DNA of 64,000 nt from a candidate division WOR-1 bacterium RIFOXYB2_FULL_45_9 (GCA_001771575.1 MEUD01000001.1:415277-479276); one strand, 5' to 3'; positions 22,672-32,803 are shown, counted from the stretch's first letter. Notes: generated by a model from the letters alone, not told the origin. Numbers and translations: made by a program.

Positions 22672-25600
22672 GAGGCATACACGCTCTTTTCTGGGCCAGA
22701 ATACGCATCATAAACATGCTCATAAACTAACTCGCACTTCTGACTATAAACTGGCTTTGTGTATTTCTCGGGCAAATGGTCAAATACTTCATTTATCATG
22801 ACTTTGACCGCGGCCCTTGCCTCTTGTTTCTTGCGCCAATCGAGCACGAGCTTCTCTTGCTTTAGCTTTTCCAGCAGCTCTTTGGCCACTGCCTTGACTA
22901 CCCCCTCTTCTTTCTTGGTCAACTGCATGTCTGGCCTAGTTAAAATATCAAATACTGCTAATTCTTCTTCGGAAAGCCCTTCTGCGATAGTCCTCTTTTC
23001 TTCTTCGTTTAGCTGCTGGGCAAATTCGGTTAAACGTCTAAAGAATTCGTCAACGTTCATACTGCCGGCGTTATATTCATCGATCAATTTCTGAAACTTA
23101 TCCTGGAAGTCCAATCTGGTCCGGTTAAACCTGATCATTGTTCCTAAACGACGCTCAATCATCCCTTTCAGTTTTTCAACTTCAATATGCTTTCTCCCCT
23201 TTTCAAATTTGGCGCGTAAAGTCTCGAAGTCGATCTGGCTAAGATCGTAGATTCGGCTTTGCTCGGGCTTTTCGGCAATTACATAGCCTTCCGTGGAAAT
23301 CGATTCATCAAGAAGCTTATCGATCTCTTTCATCACTGCTGAAATGTCAGGCGGCGGCAATAACGATCGTATTTTGTTAGCGATAACTACGAATAATATC
23401 GCTAGTGGCGCTACCTCATGGGCAATTTTGTCCGGTAAGATAGCTTTGAATAAGCCATTAATCCGGGCAGCCATAACTAGGTAGGTTTTCTTCTGCTCTT
23501 CGGCTGCGATTATCATGTCCACCGCGTTATCAAGCAAGCCAACCTTAGCGAATCCTTCTGCGGCTAGGATTGCTTCAACATTAATCCCAAGATTCGAGCA
23601 GAATTCCGTTGTTTCTTGCAGTTGTTTCTTGAGAATCTCCACCAGCTCCGCCTTTTCGACAATTGGCGGCTCACCCGCTCCAGGGGTCGGCGCGTAGATC
23701 GCCAAAGCCTTTTGCAGGCTTTGGAAAACACCGACATAATCAACAATTAAACCGCTGACCTTGTCCTTAAAGACCCGGTTAGCCCGGGCGATAGTCTGCA
23801 TTAAAGTATGGTTGCGCATCGGCTTATCAAGATAGATGGTTGAACAGCTCGGCACATCGAAGCCGGTCATCCACATGGCACAGACAAAGACGATCCGGAA
23901 GGGATCGTTTGGATCCTTGAATTTTGTGGCTAAGTCTTCACTTACTATCCGGCGACGGTGCGGCTCGATCTCGACCCCCTTCTCCCGCATCTGGGCGATC
24001 TCATTTTGCGAAGAAGAGACCACTACAGCCATATCTGTCTCTTTAACATAGTTGATTAATTTTTCTAATGCGGCCCTCTCCTCTTCCGCAACCCCGCTCA
24101 ACTGCTTTTCCAACTCCTGCAAATATTCTTGCTGATATTTACGCACCTTATCGTACATTTTGACTGCCGTAACCTTATCAATCGCCACAACCATAGCCTT
24201 CCCTTTAAAGCCGCGGTTAAAGAAATGGCTTACTATATCTTTAGCAACTGTTTCCAGGCGATCGTTACGAGTAATAATGTGATATTGTCTGGCGAACTCT
24301 TGCTCCAACCGGGCTTGCTGGCGCTCATCCAGCTCAGCCGCTTCAACAATAGCGGCCATCTCATCATTTAAGCTTTCGTTTGTGAGCTGGACCTCGGGGA
24401 TTCGGTTCTCGTAATAGAGTGGCACGGTTGCCTTATCATCGATCGATTGCTTAAAGTTATAAACACTGACATATTCACCAAACACATCCTTGGTCTTCTC
24501 TTCTCCAACGATTAAAGGTGTACCGGTAAAAGCGATAAAAGAGGCATTAGGCAACGCTTGGCGCATGTTAAAGGCGAGCGTGTCATACTGGCTCCGGTGC
24601 GCCTCGTCCGTGATAACGATAATATCCGACCGCTCTGACACAACCCCCTGGAAGTTGAACTTATGGATCAGAGTAAAGATATAACGATGATTCTGACCCA
24701 ATAACTGCCGGAGATGGTCACCTGATTCGGCATGGATCTCTTGAGCAGTTATGGCGCCTGAATTGGCAAAGTTACCATAGATTTGCTCATCAAGCTCTTT
24801 GCGGTCAGTCACAATAACAAAGGTCCAATTGCCAGGGATCTTACGCAGGACTTTTTGGGCGAAAAAGATCATGGAAACGCTCTTGCCGCTCCCTTGAGTA
24901 TGCCAAAACACCCCCAGCTTGCCCTGTTTTTCCCTAATATCCTTAAATCCCTTAATAACGTTGTTGACGCCCAGATATTGATGGTTTTTTCCGATTAATT
25001 TAATTAGTCCGCCGCGAGATTGCATATAAGCGATATAGTTCTCAACGATATCAAGGAAGTTAGCCTTCTGACAGATCCCGCGGATCATCGTATCGAGGGA
25101 TATAACGCCTTGTTCGCCTTCACTATTGATCTTCTTCCAATCGGCAAAATGCTCCCACTCCGCAGTTATACTGCCAACTTTACTTTCGCTCCCATTGGAA
25201 AGGATAATAACGGCGTTATACCAGAATAGCTGGGGAATCGTGTTTTTATAATCGGTCAGGTTATCAATAAACGCGTTTTCTACCCGCTTATGTGCCGCTT
25301 TAAGTTCAATAAATAGTAAAGGGATACCATTTACAAACCCGACCAGATCAGCCCTTTTGGTATACATTTCACCGGTGACCCAGAATTGGGAAGCAAGGAA
25401 AAAGTCATTATTTTCGGACTTATCCCAATCGATAACTTTAACCGTTTCGGTCGTCTCTTCCTCTCGGCCTGTGGCGGGCATTGTAACGGGGACGCCATCC
25501 TTGAGCAGTTGGTAAACTTCCCGGTTGGCATTAACCAAGCTCATCGCACTCCGATCGCGCGTTATTTCTTCAATGGCCAGATCAATTGCTTCTTCAGTCA

Positions 25601-25796
25601 ATCCGGGGTTTAACTTATTCAAGGCGGGTCGTAGCCTTGAAACAAGAACAACTTCTCCCCGATTCTCCCGGCCCATAGTACTGCCGCTCGCCCGTTCGAA
25701 TTCTAGATAACAGTTAGCAGCTTGCCAGTTAAGATCTGTTAACAACCTGATTGTTGGTTGTTCAATTAATCTATCTTCCGAATAATGCGTTGTCAT
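22668..25796 (-). CDS. hsdR: Type I restriction enzyme R subunit
   Basis: RADLVGFVNGIPLLFIELK nuclease, HTQGSGKS Walker A, DEAHRSQY, FTGTP, MWMTGFDVP, QTIARANR. Confidence 0.97.
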   Translation of the reverse strand: MTTHYSEDRLIEQPTIRLLTDLNWQAANCYLEFERASGSTMGRENRGEVVLVSRLRPALNKLNPGLTEEAIDLAIEEITRDRSAMSLVNANREVYQLLKDGVPVTMPATGREEETTETVKVIDWDKSENNDFFLASQFWVTGEMYTKRADLVGFVNGIPLLFIELKAAHKRVENAFIDNLTDYKNTIPQLFWYNAVIILSNGSESKVGSITAEWEHFADWKKINSEGEQGVISLDTMIRGICQKANFLDIVENYIAYMQSRGGLIKLIGKNHQYLGVNNVIKGFKDIREKQGKLGVFWHTQGSGKSVSMIFFAQKVLRKIPGNWTFVIVTDRKELDEQIYGNFANSGAITAQEIHAESGDHLRQLLGQNHRYIFTLIHKFNFQGVVSERSDIIVITDEAHRSQYDTLAFNMRQALPNASFIAFTGTPLIVGEEKTKDVFGEYVSVYNFKQSIDDKATVPLYYENRIPEVQLTNESLNDEMAAIVEAAELDERQQARLEQEFARQYHIITRNDRLETVAKDIVSHFFNRGFKGKAMVVAIDKVTAVKMYDKVRKYQQEYLQELEKQLSGVAEEERAALEKLINYVKETDMAVVVSSSQNEIAQMREKGVEIEPHRRRIVSEDLATKFKDPNDPFRIVFVCAMWMTGFDVPSCSTIYLDKPMRNHTLMQTIARANRVFKDKVSGLIVDYVGVFQSLQKALAIYAPTPGAGEPPIVEKAELVEILKKQLQETTEFCSNLGINVEAILAAEGFAKVGLLDNAVDMIIAAEEQKKTYLVMAARINGLFKAILPDKIAHEVAPLAILFVVIANKIRSLLPPPDISAVMKEIDKLLDESISTEGYVIAEKPEQSRIYDLSQIDFETLRAKFEKGRKHIEVEKLKGMIERRLGTMIRFNRTRLDFQDKFQKLIDEYNAGSMNVDEFFRRLTEFAQQLNEEEKRTIAEGLSEEELAVFDILTRPDMQLTKKEEGVVKAVAKELLEKLKQEKLVLDWRKKQEARAAVKVMINEVFDHLPEKYTKPVYSQKCELVYEHVYDAYSGPEKSVYAS

Positions 25797-27112
25797 AATT
25801 GATTTACCATGTCATAGGAGGCTACAACATCCTTAATCTTATCTTCGCTGATTTTCTTTTCTCTTGCAAGCCTCATAACCCTCAAATGATACTGATTAAA
25901 TAATATTTTCTTCGATAATCTATTTAACCTGGCGATATATCTCACCCTTTGTCTTTTGTTTAACAAATCAAATATCTTGCCAAGATAATAACCACCTGCA
26001 TTCATTATGAATTTTTCATCAAGCACATTTGCAATTACCTTAGTTCGATATTTTGGGGCGAGCCCTGCGATATTGCAATTTATCATTCTTTTTAATATTG
26101 GGCTTCGTTTAAAGTCGACTCTTTTCCTAACTTTTTTCCTATACGCATCGTATGCCTTCTCAATGTCTTTGTGCTTTTTAGGGTTTTCCAATAGCTTAAA
26201 TATATCAAACGACCAATAATCGAAGAATTGCCTAGAAGTAAATAATTTTGCCTTACTAGCGTTAAGATTCAATCCTATCATTGCCAGCTTTTTTGATGCC
26301 AGAAACATGATCTCTTTTGCATCTTTTTCATTTTTTGATGCTATTATTTGATCGTCAGCATATCTTAGATACTTAGATTTCCTTTCTTCGCATATATCGT
26401 ACATATACTTGTCATATTCCTGAAGATAATAATTTGCTAATATTCTAGAACAATCCCCAACCTCATCTTGTGGTAATCCCGCACTCTGCTTCTCATAAAA
26501 CATATACTTTTTATTCCAATGCGATAAGAAATAAAATAGCAAATTAACATATTTAGTTTTCCGCTTGTCTACGGCTTCCCTTATTAATGCTTCCAATCTG
26601 TCCAGGCGTATTGAATCATAGAAGTTTGCAATATCAAATATAAAATAGTATTCATGATCTGATTTTGCATAGAGATTGTAAGCTCTCTTTTGATAATCAG
26701 TCCATGCACGTTTCCATGCAAATGAGTTGTAACTGTAATCTGGCATAGACACAATTTCGTCGTTATTTTCAATCTTCCGTATTTTTCCGCCTAATTTCCA
26801 GCCCCCATAGGTGCCCTTTACTCTATTTGCAGCTATTTCATCCTCAAGACTCTTAATACAATAATAGTAGACACAGTAGTCCTCTCTAGTAAGAGCGGGA
26901 ATAAAACGAACAACTAAATTCTCTTTATGTGATACAACAAATGTCCTGGGGGGAGATGGGGCATAAATCATTTTGTTAATCTTACCGACTAATTCCTTCA
27001 AGAATGAAATTCTATCGGGCGTCGAATCAGCGAATGGGCAATCGGTTTTATTGTGAATGTGCTTCCAGAATCTTTGCCCAACCACTTCGATAAAGTCGTT
27101 ATCTTTTAGCAT
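25793..27112 (-). CDS. Reverse transcriptase, unknown-group/Abi-DRT-like
   Basis: FDIANFYDSI (RT3), GLPQDEVGDCSRILANYYL (RT4), YLRYADD (RT5), GLNLNASK (RT6); basic helical C-terminus. Confidence 0.92.
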   Translation of the reverse strand: MLKDNDFIEVVGQRFWKHIHNKTDCPFADSTPDRISFLKELVGKINKMIYAPSPPRTFVVSHKENLVVRFIPALTREDYCVYYYCIKSLEDEIAANRVKGTYGGWKLGGKIRKIENNDEIVSMPDYSYNSFAWKRAWTDYQKRAYNLYAKSDHEYYFIFDIANFYDSIRLDRLEALIREAVDKRKTKYVNLLFYFLSHWNKKYMFYEKQSAGLPQDEVGDCSRILANYYLQEYDKYMYDICEERKSKYLRYADDQIIASKNEKDAKEIMFLASKKLAMIGLNLNASKAKLFTSRQFFDYWSFDIFKLLENPKKHKDIEKAYDAYRKKVRKRVDFKRSPILKRMINCNIAGLAPKYRTKVIANVLDEKFIMNAGGYYLGKIFDLLNKRQRVRYIARLNRLSKKILFNQYHLRVMRLAREKKISEDKIKDVVASYDMVNQL

Positions 27113-27132
27113 ATATATTCTTCTCTATCATA

Positions 27133-28296
27133 TTAACGATCATATATCTCTCTCCCTACCTCCCCGCCAATCAACTTCGGTAAAAGTAAATCGCGGGTTT
27201 GAACCAGAATTTTGTTCATGTTGACCAGGTTAGCCATCATTTGAAATGATATTGAAATCTTACCCTCAAAGTCATCTAATATTTCTCCAGGAATATCAAC
27301 GACTTCTAATCGCATTAGATCCTTTGGATAAACATGTGGTTGCGCCGCTCCTCTTTGAAAGTTGGTTACCTCATTTTGTCTATTTTTCAGCAACAAATAG
27401 AAATAATATAAGTATTTTGTGGTATTTCTATCAATAAAAGAGCAATCTGATGCCCAGATATCCTCATAATATATGTTTACATAGCCCGAGTTCGCTCCCG
27501 AAGCGCTAATCGTTATGACAGGAGCCTTTGTATTTGCCTTATTATGAAAATATGCCGGGCTTAACCCTCCAGCCACCACAGGAACTGCTCCCTCAATTAT
27601 TATCTCCCTGGTTATACTCTTGCCCTTTGCAATATCCACCTTTTCTCCTAATGTAATTACCTCCCACTTCTCCGGTATCTTCCCCAGCTTCGAATCAACC
27701 ATGTTCACCTTCTCATGCCCCGGAAAGCGGAAATTGACAAACCATTCGCTATAGATCATCTGCGCCATTTGTTCGATGATCTTTATCCGGCGGTTGTTGT
27801 TTTCGATCAGGTCGTCGTAGGCGGAAAGGATGGAGGCTATGCGGCGTTGTGTTGGGAGATCGGGGAAATTGATAACTAGGTCCTTAATTGATGCGATATC
27901 CGCACGTTGCCTACCAGATGCGCCAGCCATACTCTTTTCAGCGGGGCTTCTTATGGTTTTCGTAGTTGATAAATAATAAATATAATCTGGGTCAGAAATC
28001 GCTGATTTTGCTCTAAATACAAAGAATTCTGTCGAACCAAAAGCGGGGCTCCCTCTATATTGTGCAATTTTTCCATTCTCAAGACATGGTGTTATTCGGG
28101 CAAATAATGTGTCCCTGTCCTCAAATTTTGACCCGCCGCCTTTTAACTGTTTCTCTCCACTTGGGCTAACATACTTTGTTCCGGGTTGAATAGCCTCCAT
28201 CATAACAAATGGGTATTCCCCACCACGTTCCAGCTTTACTTTTGGATGAATTTCAACGCAATCCTCAAATCTTACTTTTCGCCAATTATTCTTCAT
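27133..28296 (-). CDS. hsdS: Type I restriction enzyme specificity subunit
   Basis: Two TRDs; conserved LPTQRRIASILSAYDDLIENN and TRDLLLPKL regions. Confidence 0.95.
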   Translation of the reverse strand: MKNNWRKVRFEDCVEIHPKVKLERGGEYPFVMMEAIQPGTKYVSPSGEKQLKGGGSKFEDRDTLFARITPCLENGKIAQYRGSPAFGSTEFFVFRAKSAISDPDYIYYLSTTKTIRSPAEKSMAGASGRQRADIASIKDLVINFPDLPTQRRIASILSAYDDLIENNNRRIKIIEQMAQMIYSEWFVNFRFPGHEKVNMVDSKLGKIPEKWEVITLGEKVDIAKGKSITREIIIEGAVPVVAGGLSPAYFHNKANTKAPVITISASGANSGYVNIYYEDIWASDCSFIDRNTTKYLYYFYLLLKNRQNEVTNFQRGAAQPHVYPKDLMRLEVVDIPGEILDDFEGKISISFQMMANLVNMNKILVQTRDLLLPKLIGGEVGREIYDR

Positions 28297-29315
28297 GGCC
28301 TTTGCTTAATATAATTATTAATCACTTCGTATACAGCGTTTGTATCTTTTCCTTCCAATCTTCCAATGTACCCTATTGGCATATGCTTAAACATTGCCTC
28401 TGTACCCTCCTTGATCATTTCAGATTTCGCTTCTGGCTCTGGATTAGTTGCAATATAATCCTGAAGGGTTTGCGCCACATTCCTTCTATGTGTGTTAATG
28501 GCATACATATTTGCATAAACGTTGTAATTTTTGGAAGCAAAACCCAGCCCATATGATACAACGGAAAGTAATGCCAACTTTGCTAATCCATATTCTAGAG
28601 TGAAAAAAGATTCTGGGCCAAAAACGATTATTCCAATACTTTTCATCATAAGAATACCAAAATACACGATAAAGTTAAAAGCGATGAGCCCTATTAAGAA
28701 CCAGAATGTTTTATCTCTATTGCCCAACCATTTCTCCATGCTCGCACGGTCTTCATTTGCCTGCTTTTCAAAATATTTGGCGAGAGTCACAGAGGCAATC
28801 TCGCCATGAGTAGTTTCGATTTCAGCCTTTTTTTGCTTCAAATTCTCTAGCTCATTTTGTAATTTTAGGGCTAATTCCTTGTAAACTATTTCCGCCTGCA
28901 CCGCCGCTTTTTGTTGTTTTTGCAGCTCTTCTTCATCCTTACTTTTTAATGCTGCTTCCTGTCTTAAATATACAAGGTTCGTTTTGGTTTGCTGAATCGT
29001 TTCGTTAGAATAACGCTCTATCTCTCCTTCCAACTGATCATGCAAAGGCTTGGGATTGGGATGGTTTAAATTAAAGCTATCGATTCTTTTTATATAATCA
29101 ACAAATCGTGTTTTTTTATTATCTATATCATCAATTTCGGGCTTCGATAAGATTGTTTTATACTGGAGTTCAGCAAATTCCCCAAATAAGCCCTGTAATC
29201 TAATCAAATATTCGGCGCTTTTTTGAAATTTTAATGCGCCATAATCATCCTTCATGGTTATCTTATTTATATCTATTTTACCTATTGAATCAATATCTAT
29301 ATTTTGTTCAGCCAT
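28293..29315 (-). CDS. Coiled-coil plus two-TM membrane protein, hypothetical
   Basis: E/K/Q-rich coiled coil, then two hydrophobic segments; GGAGG SD; ATGA overlap with hsdS. Confidence 0.8.
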   Translation of the reverse strand: MAEQNIDIDSIGKIDINKITMKDDYGALKFQKSAEYLIRLQGLFGEFAELQYKTILSKPEIDDIDNKKTRFVDYIKRIDSFNLNHPNPKPLHDQLEGEIERYSNETIQQTKTNLVYLRQEAALKSKDEEELQKQQKAAVQAEIVYKELALKLQNELENLKQKKAEIETTHGEIASVTLAKYFEKQANEDRASMEKWLGNRDKTFWFLIGLIAFNFIVYFGILMMKSIGIIVFGPESFFTLEYGLAKLALLSVVSYGLGFASKNYNVYANMYAINTHRRNVAQTLQDYIATNPEPEAKSEMIKEGTEAMFKHMPIGYIGRLEGKDTNAVYEVINNYIKQRP

Positions 29316-29350
29316 TTTGCCCTCCCATTCATACTATTCGCCAGTGGGCC

Positions 29351-30853
29351 TTATAATCCCTTTTTTAATATAAGGCCGATATTATGCGATATTTTCTTTT
29401 CCAGTAGGTGCGATTCAGCATTTAGTTTTTCGAGCTCACCATTCAATCCTATGATTTTTTCCTTGAAGTCGTATTCTTCAGTCGGCCTTTCGGCGACTCC
29501 AACATATCTCCCCGGATTTAAGCTCCACCCCTGCTCTTCGATCTCCTTTAAGGTTGCCACCTTACAAAGGCCCGGCTTATCCTTTAACTTCCCTTGCCGG
29601 TATTGTTTGACCAGCCCGGCCAACATTTCAATCTGTTCCGGCTTAAAATCACGCAAAGCCCGGTTTATCTGATTAAAGGTGTTTCGGGCATCGATAAACA
29701 AGACTTTATTCTTAAGCGCCTTATCCTTCTCCTTATCAAAGAACCAGAGAGTCACTGGGAGTGTGACAGTATAAAAGAAATTAGACCCAACAGAGACGAT
29801 CACATCAACATGGCCCGATTTAATAAGCTGTTTGCGTATTTCCATTTCAGACGAACGGGCATCAGCCGCAGCATTCGACATAACAAAACCTGCCCGCCCC
29901 TTACTATTCAACGCACTGTAAAAGATCTGGATCCAGAGATAATTGGCATTATCTACGGTTGGTAGGCCAAACGGGAACCTTGGGTCGCCCTTAAGACTTT
30001 CAATGTCTACCCGATTAACATTAAAGGGAGGATTAGCCATCACATAATCGAACTTGCCGACACTTTTATGAATATCTTCTTTATAAGTGTTAGACTCACG
30101 GATATCACCTTCCAAGCCGTGAACCGCCAGATTCATTTTGCACAGCCTTACCGTCTCTTTGGTCTTTTCCTGCCCGTAAATGGATATTTCAGCGCTCGGC
30201 TTCTTCTTCCGCTCTTCGACAAAGCGTGCACTCTGGACAAACATACCGCCCGAGCCGCATGCTGGGTCTAAAATCTTGCCATGGAACGGCTCAATTATCT
30301 CAACGATTAGTTTAACAATAGATATTGGGGTATAGAACTCGCCCCCCTTCTGCCCTTCCGTCATCGCAAATTCACCCAAGAAATACTCATATATCCGGCC
30401 CAGCGTATCCCCATCATGCTCCATCGGGATTGAAGCCATTAATTTAATCAGCTCAATTAAGACCTTTTTATCAAGCTGGTTGTAGTTCCTGGGCAAAACG
30501 TCTTTTAAAGATGGGTTTTCTTCCTCGATCGCCTTCATCGCGGCATTGATAGCCTTGCCTATATCGCTACCTTCCTTTAGTTTTGACAAATAGTCAAACC
30601 TGGCAATTTCCGGCAAATACATTACCCCTTGCGCTTGATAATCTGCCTTGCCAATTGTGCGCCGGCCGGTCCCTTTGCTCGCTAGCTCTTTCTCGACAAT
30701 AGTAAATTTATGGTCAGCGTATCTCAAAAAGATAAGACCCAAGACAGGCGTGGAATATTCAGATGATTTCAGGTGCGAGTTAGCGCGCAGTTCGTCGGCA
30801 GCATTCCAGAGTCCTTTTTCAAGATCGGCTAGATTGTTTTCAGGTTCAGGCAT
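29351..30853 (-). CDS. hsdM: Type I m6A methyltransferase M subunit
   Basis: [37 protein letters not shown] places the start at ATG 30853. Confidence 0.97.
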   Translation of the reverse strand: MPEPENNLADLEKGLWNAADELRANSHLKSSEYSTPVLGLIFLRYADHKFTIVEKELASKGTGRRTIGKADYQAQGVMYLPEIARFDYLSKLKEGSDIGKAINAAMKAIEEENPSLKDVLPRNYNQLDKKVLIELIKLMASIPMEHDGDTLGRIYEYFLGEFAMTEGQKGGEFYTPISIVKLIVEIIEPFHGKILDPACGSGGMFVQSARFVEERKKKPSAEISIYGQEKTKETVRLCKMNLAVHGLEGDIRESNTYKEDIHKSVGKFDYVMANPPFNVNRVDIESLKGDPRFPFGLPTVDNANYLWIQIFYSALNSKGRAGFVMSNAAADARSSEMEIRKQLIKSGHVDVIVSVGSNFFYTVTLPVTLWFFDKEKDKALKNKVLFIDARNTFNQINRALRDFKPEQIEMLAGLVKQYRQGKLKDKPGLCKVATLKEIEEQGWSLNPGRYVGVAERPTEEYDFKEKIIGLNGELEKLNAESHLLEKKISHNIGLILKKGL

Positions 30854-31177
30854 TTTGGGCCTCCTTATTCTAATTACAGGCATTTAATTAGAATATAGAT
30901 ATTTATATTCTAATCATCTAAGATCACGTTCTTATTTTACGCTTAGAATCAGGAAAAGCAAGGGAGATTAGCGGGGGAAAGGGACTGAGGGACTAAGGGA
31001 TAGCTAAATCCGACTGATCGTTAGACTTAACCTTATTTACACCCAAATAGCTCTTTTCGCCAGAGGTGCGGGGGAGGCGAAAAGGTAAGGAACTAAATAA
31101 TTTCTGACTCTCTAGCCGCATAATACATTCCCCCCTTCCTTGCCCCCCTCCCCCAAATAAACTATACTTAAATCAGC

Positions 31178-31687
31178 ATGTACAACATCATCGACTCCAT
31201 AAAAACTTATCTGCTCTCTAATGGTATGGAAATAGTAATCGACCTGCTGATCCTGGTCATCGGCATCTGGGTGGCTAAAGTCGCCTCGAACATCACCAAG
31301 AAGGCGATGATCAGATCAAAAGTTAATCAAACCCTGGCCCTTTTTGTCGGCAACGTCGTATATTACGCCATCGTAATTTTTGTGGTCCTATCTTTCCTGG
31401 AACGACTGGGGATAAAAACAACTTCATTTCTCGCCCTGATCGGCGCGGCCGGTCTGGCGATCGCACTGGCCTTGCAAGGCTCCCTCGCAAACTTCGCGGC
31501 AGGGCTCATGATCATCATGTTCCGCCCTTTTGAACTTGGGGATAAAATTGAAACGGTCGGCGTCTCCGGCGTCGTGGAAGAGATCCAGATCTTTAGCACC
31601 GTCCTCATAACCGCTGATCATAAACGAAAGATCATTCCGAACTCCAAGATAACCGGCGACGTCATCTCCGTGGAGATCAAACACTAG
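31178..31687 (+). CDS. mscS: MscS family mechanosensitive channel (short form)
   Basis: GAAGLAIALALQGSLANFAAG, RPFELGD, IIPNS. Confidence 0.85.
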   Translation: MYNIIDSIKTYLLSNGMEIVIDLLILVIGIWVAKVASNITKKAMIRSKVNQTLALFVGNVVYYAIVIFVVLSFLERLGIKTTSFLALIGAAGLAIALALQGSLANFAAGLMIIMFRPFELGDKIETVGVSGVVEEIQIFSTVLITADHKRKIIPNSKITGDVISVEIKH

Positions 31688-32685
31688 ATTTTCCGTTTCT
31701 TGACTTCCTTCAGCGCGCTTTTGACCATTTTACCAAAATCTTTGTCTCTCTGTCTTTTTTCCAAGCTGGTCATGGCGTAATAATCGGTCTCTTTTTTTAA
31801 TTTGAGGTAATTTATATATTTCTCTTCGCTTAAATCGCCCGACTTGAGCGCGGTCAGCACGGCACACCCCGGTTCGTGTTGATGAGTGCAATCAATAAAC
31901 TTACAGGAACAGCCTATTTCTTCAATTTCCGCGAAAACACTTTTTATCCCCTCTTCGGCATCTGCCAGCCCGATCTCCCTCATCCCCGGATTATCGATGA
32001 TCATCCCCCCGTTCTTAAGGACAAAAAGTTCACGATGAGTAGTCGTATGCTTTCCTTTATTGGTTTGAGCACTGATCTCCTTGGTCGTTATCAGTTCTTC
32101 TCCCAATAATTTATTGGTCAGCGACGACTTGCCAACCCCCGAAGAGCCGAGCAAACAGTAGATTTGCCCCGGCTCGATCACCCGCGCCAGGCTATCGAAA
32201 CCGGTTAAGACGCTGGTGGTTAGTAGCGGGACCGCTTTAAAGCGCTCTTTTACCTGGGAGATTATTTCGGCCAGCTTTTCCGGGGAAACAAGATCAATCT
32301 TGTTGAGGAGTAAAACCGGGTAAATCTTTTCAGACTGAACGATCGTCAGGTAGCGCTCGAATCGATTTAAATTAAAATCACGGTCGACCGCTTGCACAAT
32401 AAAGGCGCAGTCGACATTAGCCGCGATCGTCTGAACCTCCTCCTTGCCGGCCGCTTTTCGCTTTAAAACGCTTTTTCTGGGGAGAATTTCTTCAATGAGG
32501 GCTCTGCCGTAGCCAAGATCGTTAATTTTAACCTGGTCGCCGACCGCCGGATAATCGAGCGGCGACTTGGCCGCGAAAATAATTTTACCGGCAACTTCAG
32601 CCCAAGCCTCCCCGCTTTCACCCAGAACACGGTACTTCCCCCGGTATTGGGCGACGACCCGGGCGGTTTTGATTTCGTTGTTCAT
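31684..32685 (-). CDS. rsgA: Ribosome small subunit-dependent GTPase
   Basis: NKID, GSSGVGKS, HTTT, DNPG, CKFIDCTHQHEPGC; start moved to ATG 32685. Confidence 0.93.
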   Translation of the reverse strand: MNNEIKTARVVAQYRGKYRVLGESGEAWAEVAGKIIFAAKSPLDYPAVGDQVKINDLGYGRALIEEILPRKSVLKRKAAGKEEVQTIAANVDCAFIVQAVDRDFNLNRFERYLTIVQSEKIYPVLLLNKIDLVSPEKLAEIISQVKERFKAVPLLTTSVLTGFDSLARVIEPGQIYCLLGSSGVGKSSLTNKLLGEELITTKEISAQTNKGKHTTTHRELFVLKNGGMIIDNPGMREIGLADAEEGIKSVFAEIEEIGCSCKFIDCTHQHEPGCAVLTALKSGDLSEEKYINYLKLKKETDYYAMTSLEKRQRDKDFGKMVKSALKEVKKRKI

Positions 32686-32757
32686 ACTATTTGTCCGGCA
32701 GAAAGAAACATTATACAAATAAATGCTTATTAATGCCACATCCTCAAAACAGATAGG

Positions 32758-32803
32758 TTGACAATTAATATTTATTGACATATACTTGACATATCAAGCA
32801 TAT
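32758..32803 (+). promoter_or_regulatory. marR promoter with overlapping inverted-repeat operator
   Basis: TTGACA(32758)-N17-TATACT(32781); CTTGA-cata-TCAAG at 32785-32798. Confidence 0.7.

Larger units (their letters stand above)
21216..30950. mobile_element. tRNA-Asn-adjacent defence-like island, no integrase seen, ends approximate
   Basis: Visibly AT-richer than its flanks, RM plus RT cargo, partial tRNA duplication at the left end. Confidence 0.55.

Noticed and set aside
25793..27112. RT as a retron, DGR or group II intron
   Set aside because: No NAxxH/VTG retron motifs or adjacent msr-msd space, no TR/VR repeat pair or Avd seen, and no intron RNA flanks or maturase domain.
27133..28296. 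Phase-variable hsdS (shufflon) or RT-driven TRD diversification
   Set aside because: Single hsdS, with no silent TRD copies, recombinase or template repeat visible in the window.
21216..30950. Intact integrative element or prophage
   Set aside because: No integrase or phage genes, and no second tRNA-end repeat found at the far boundary.
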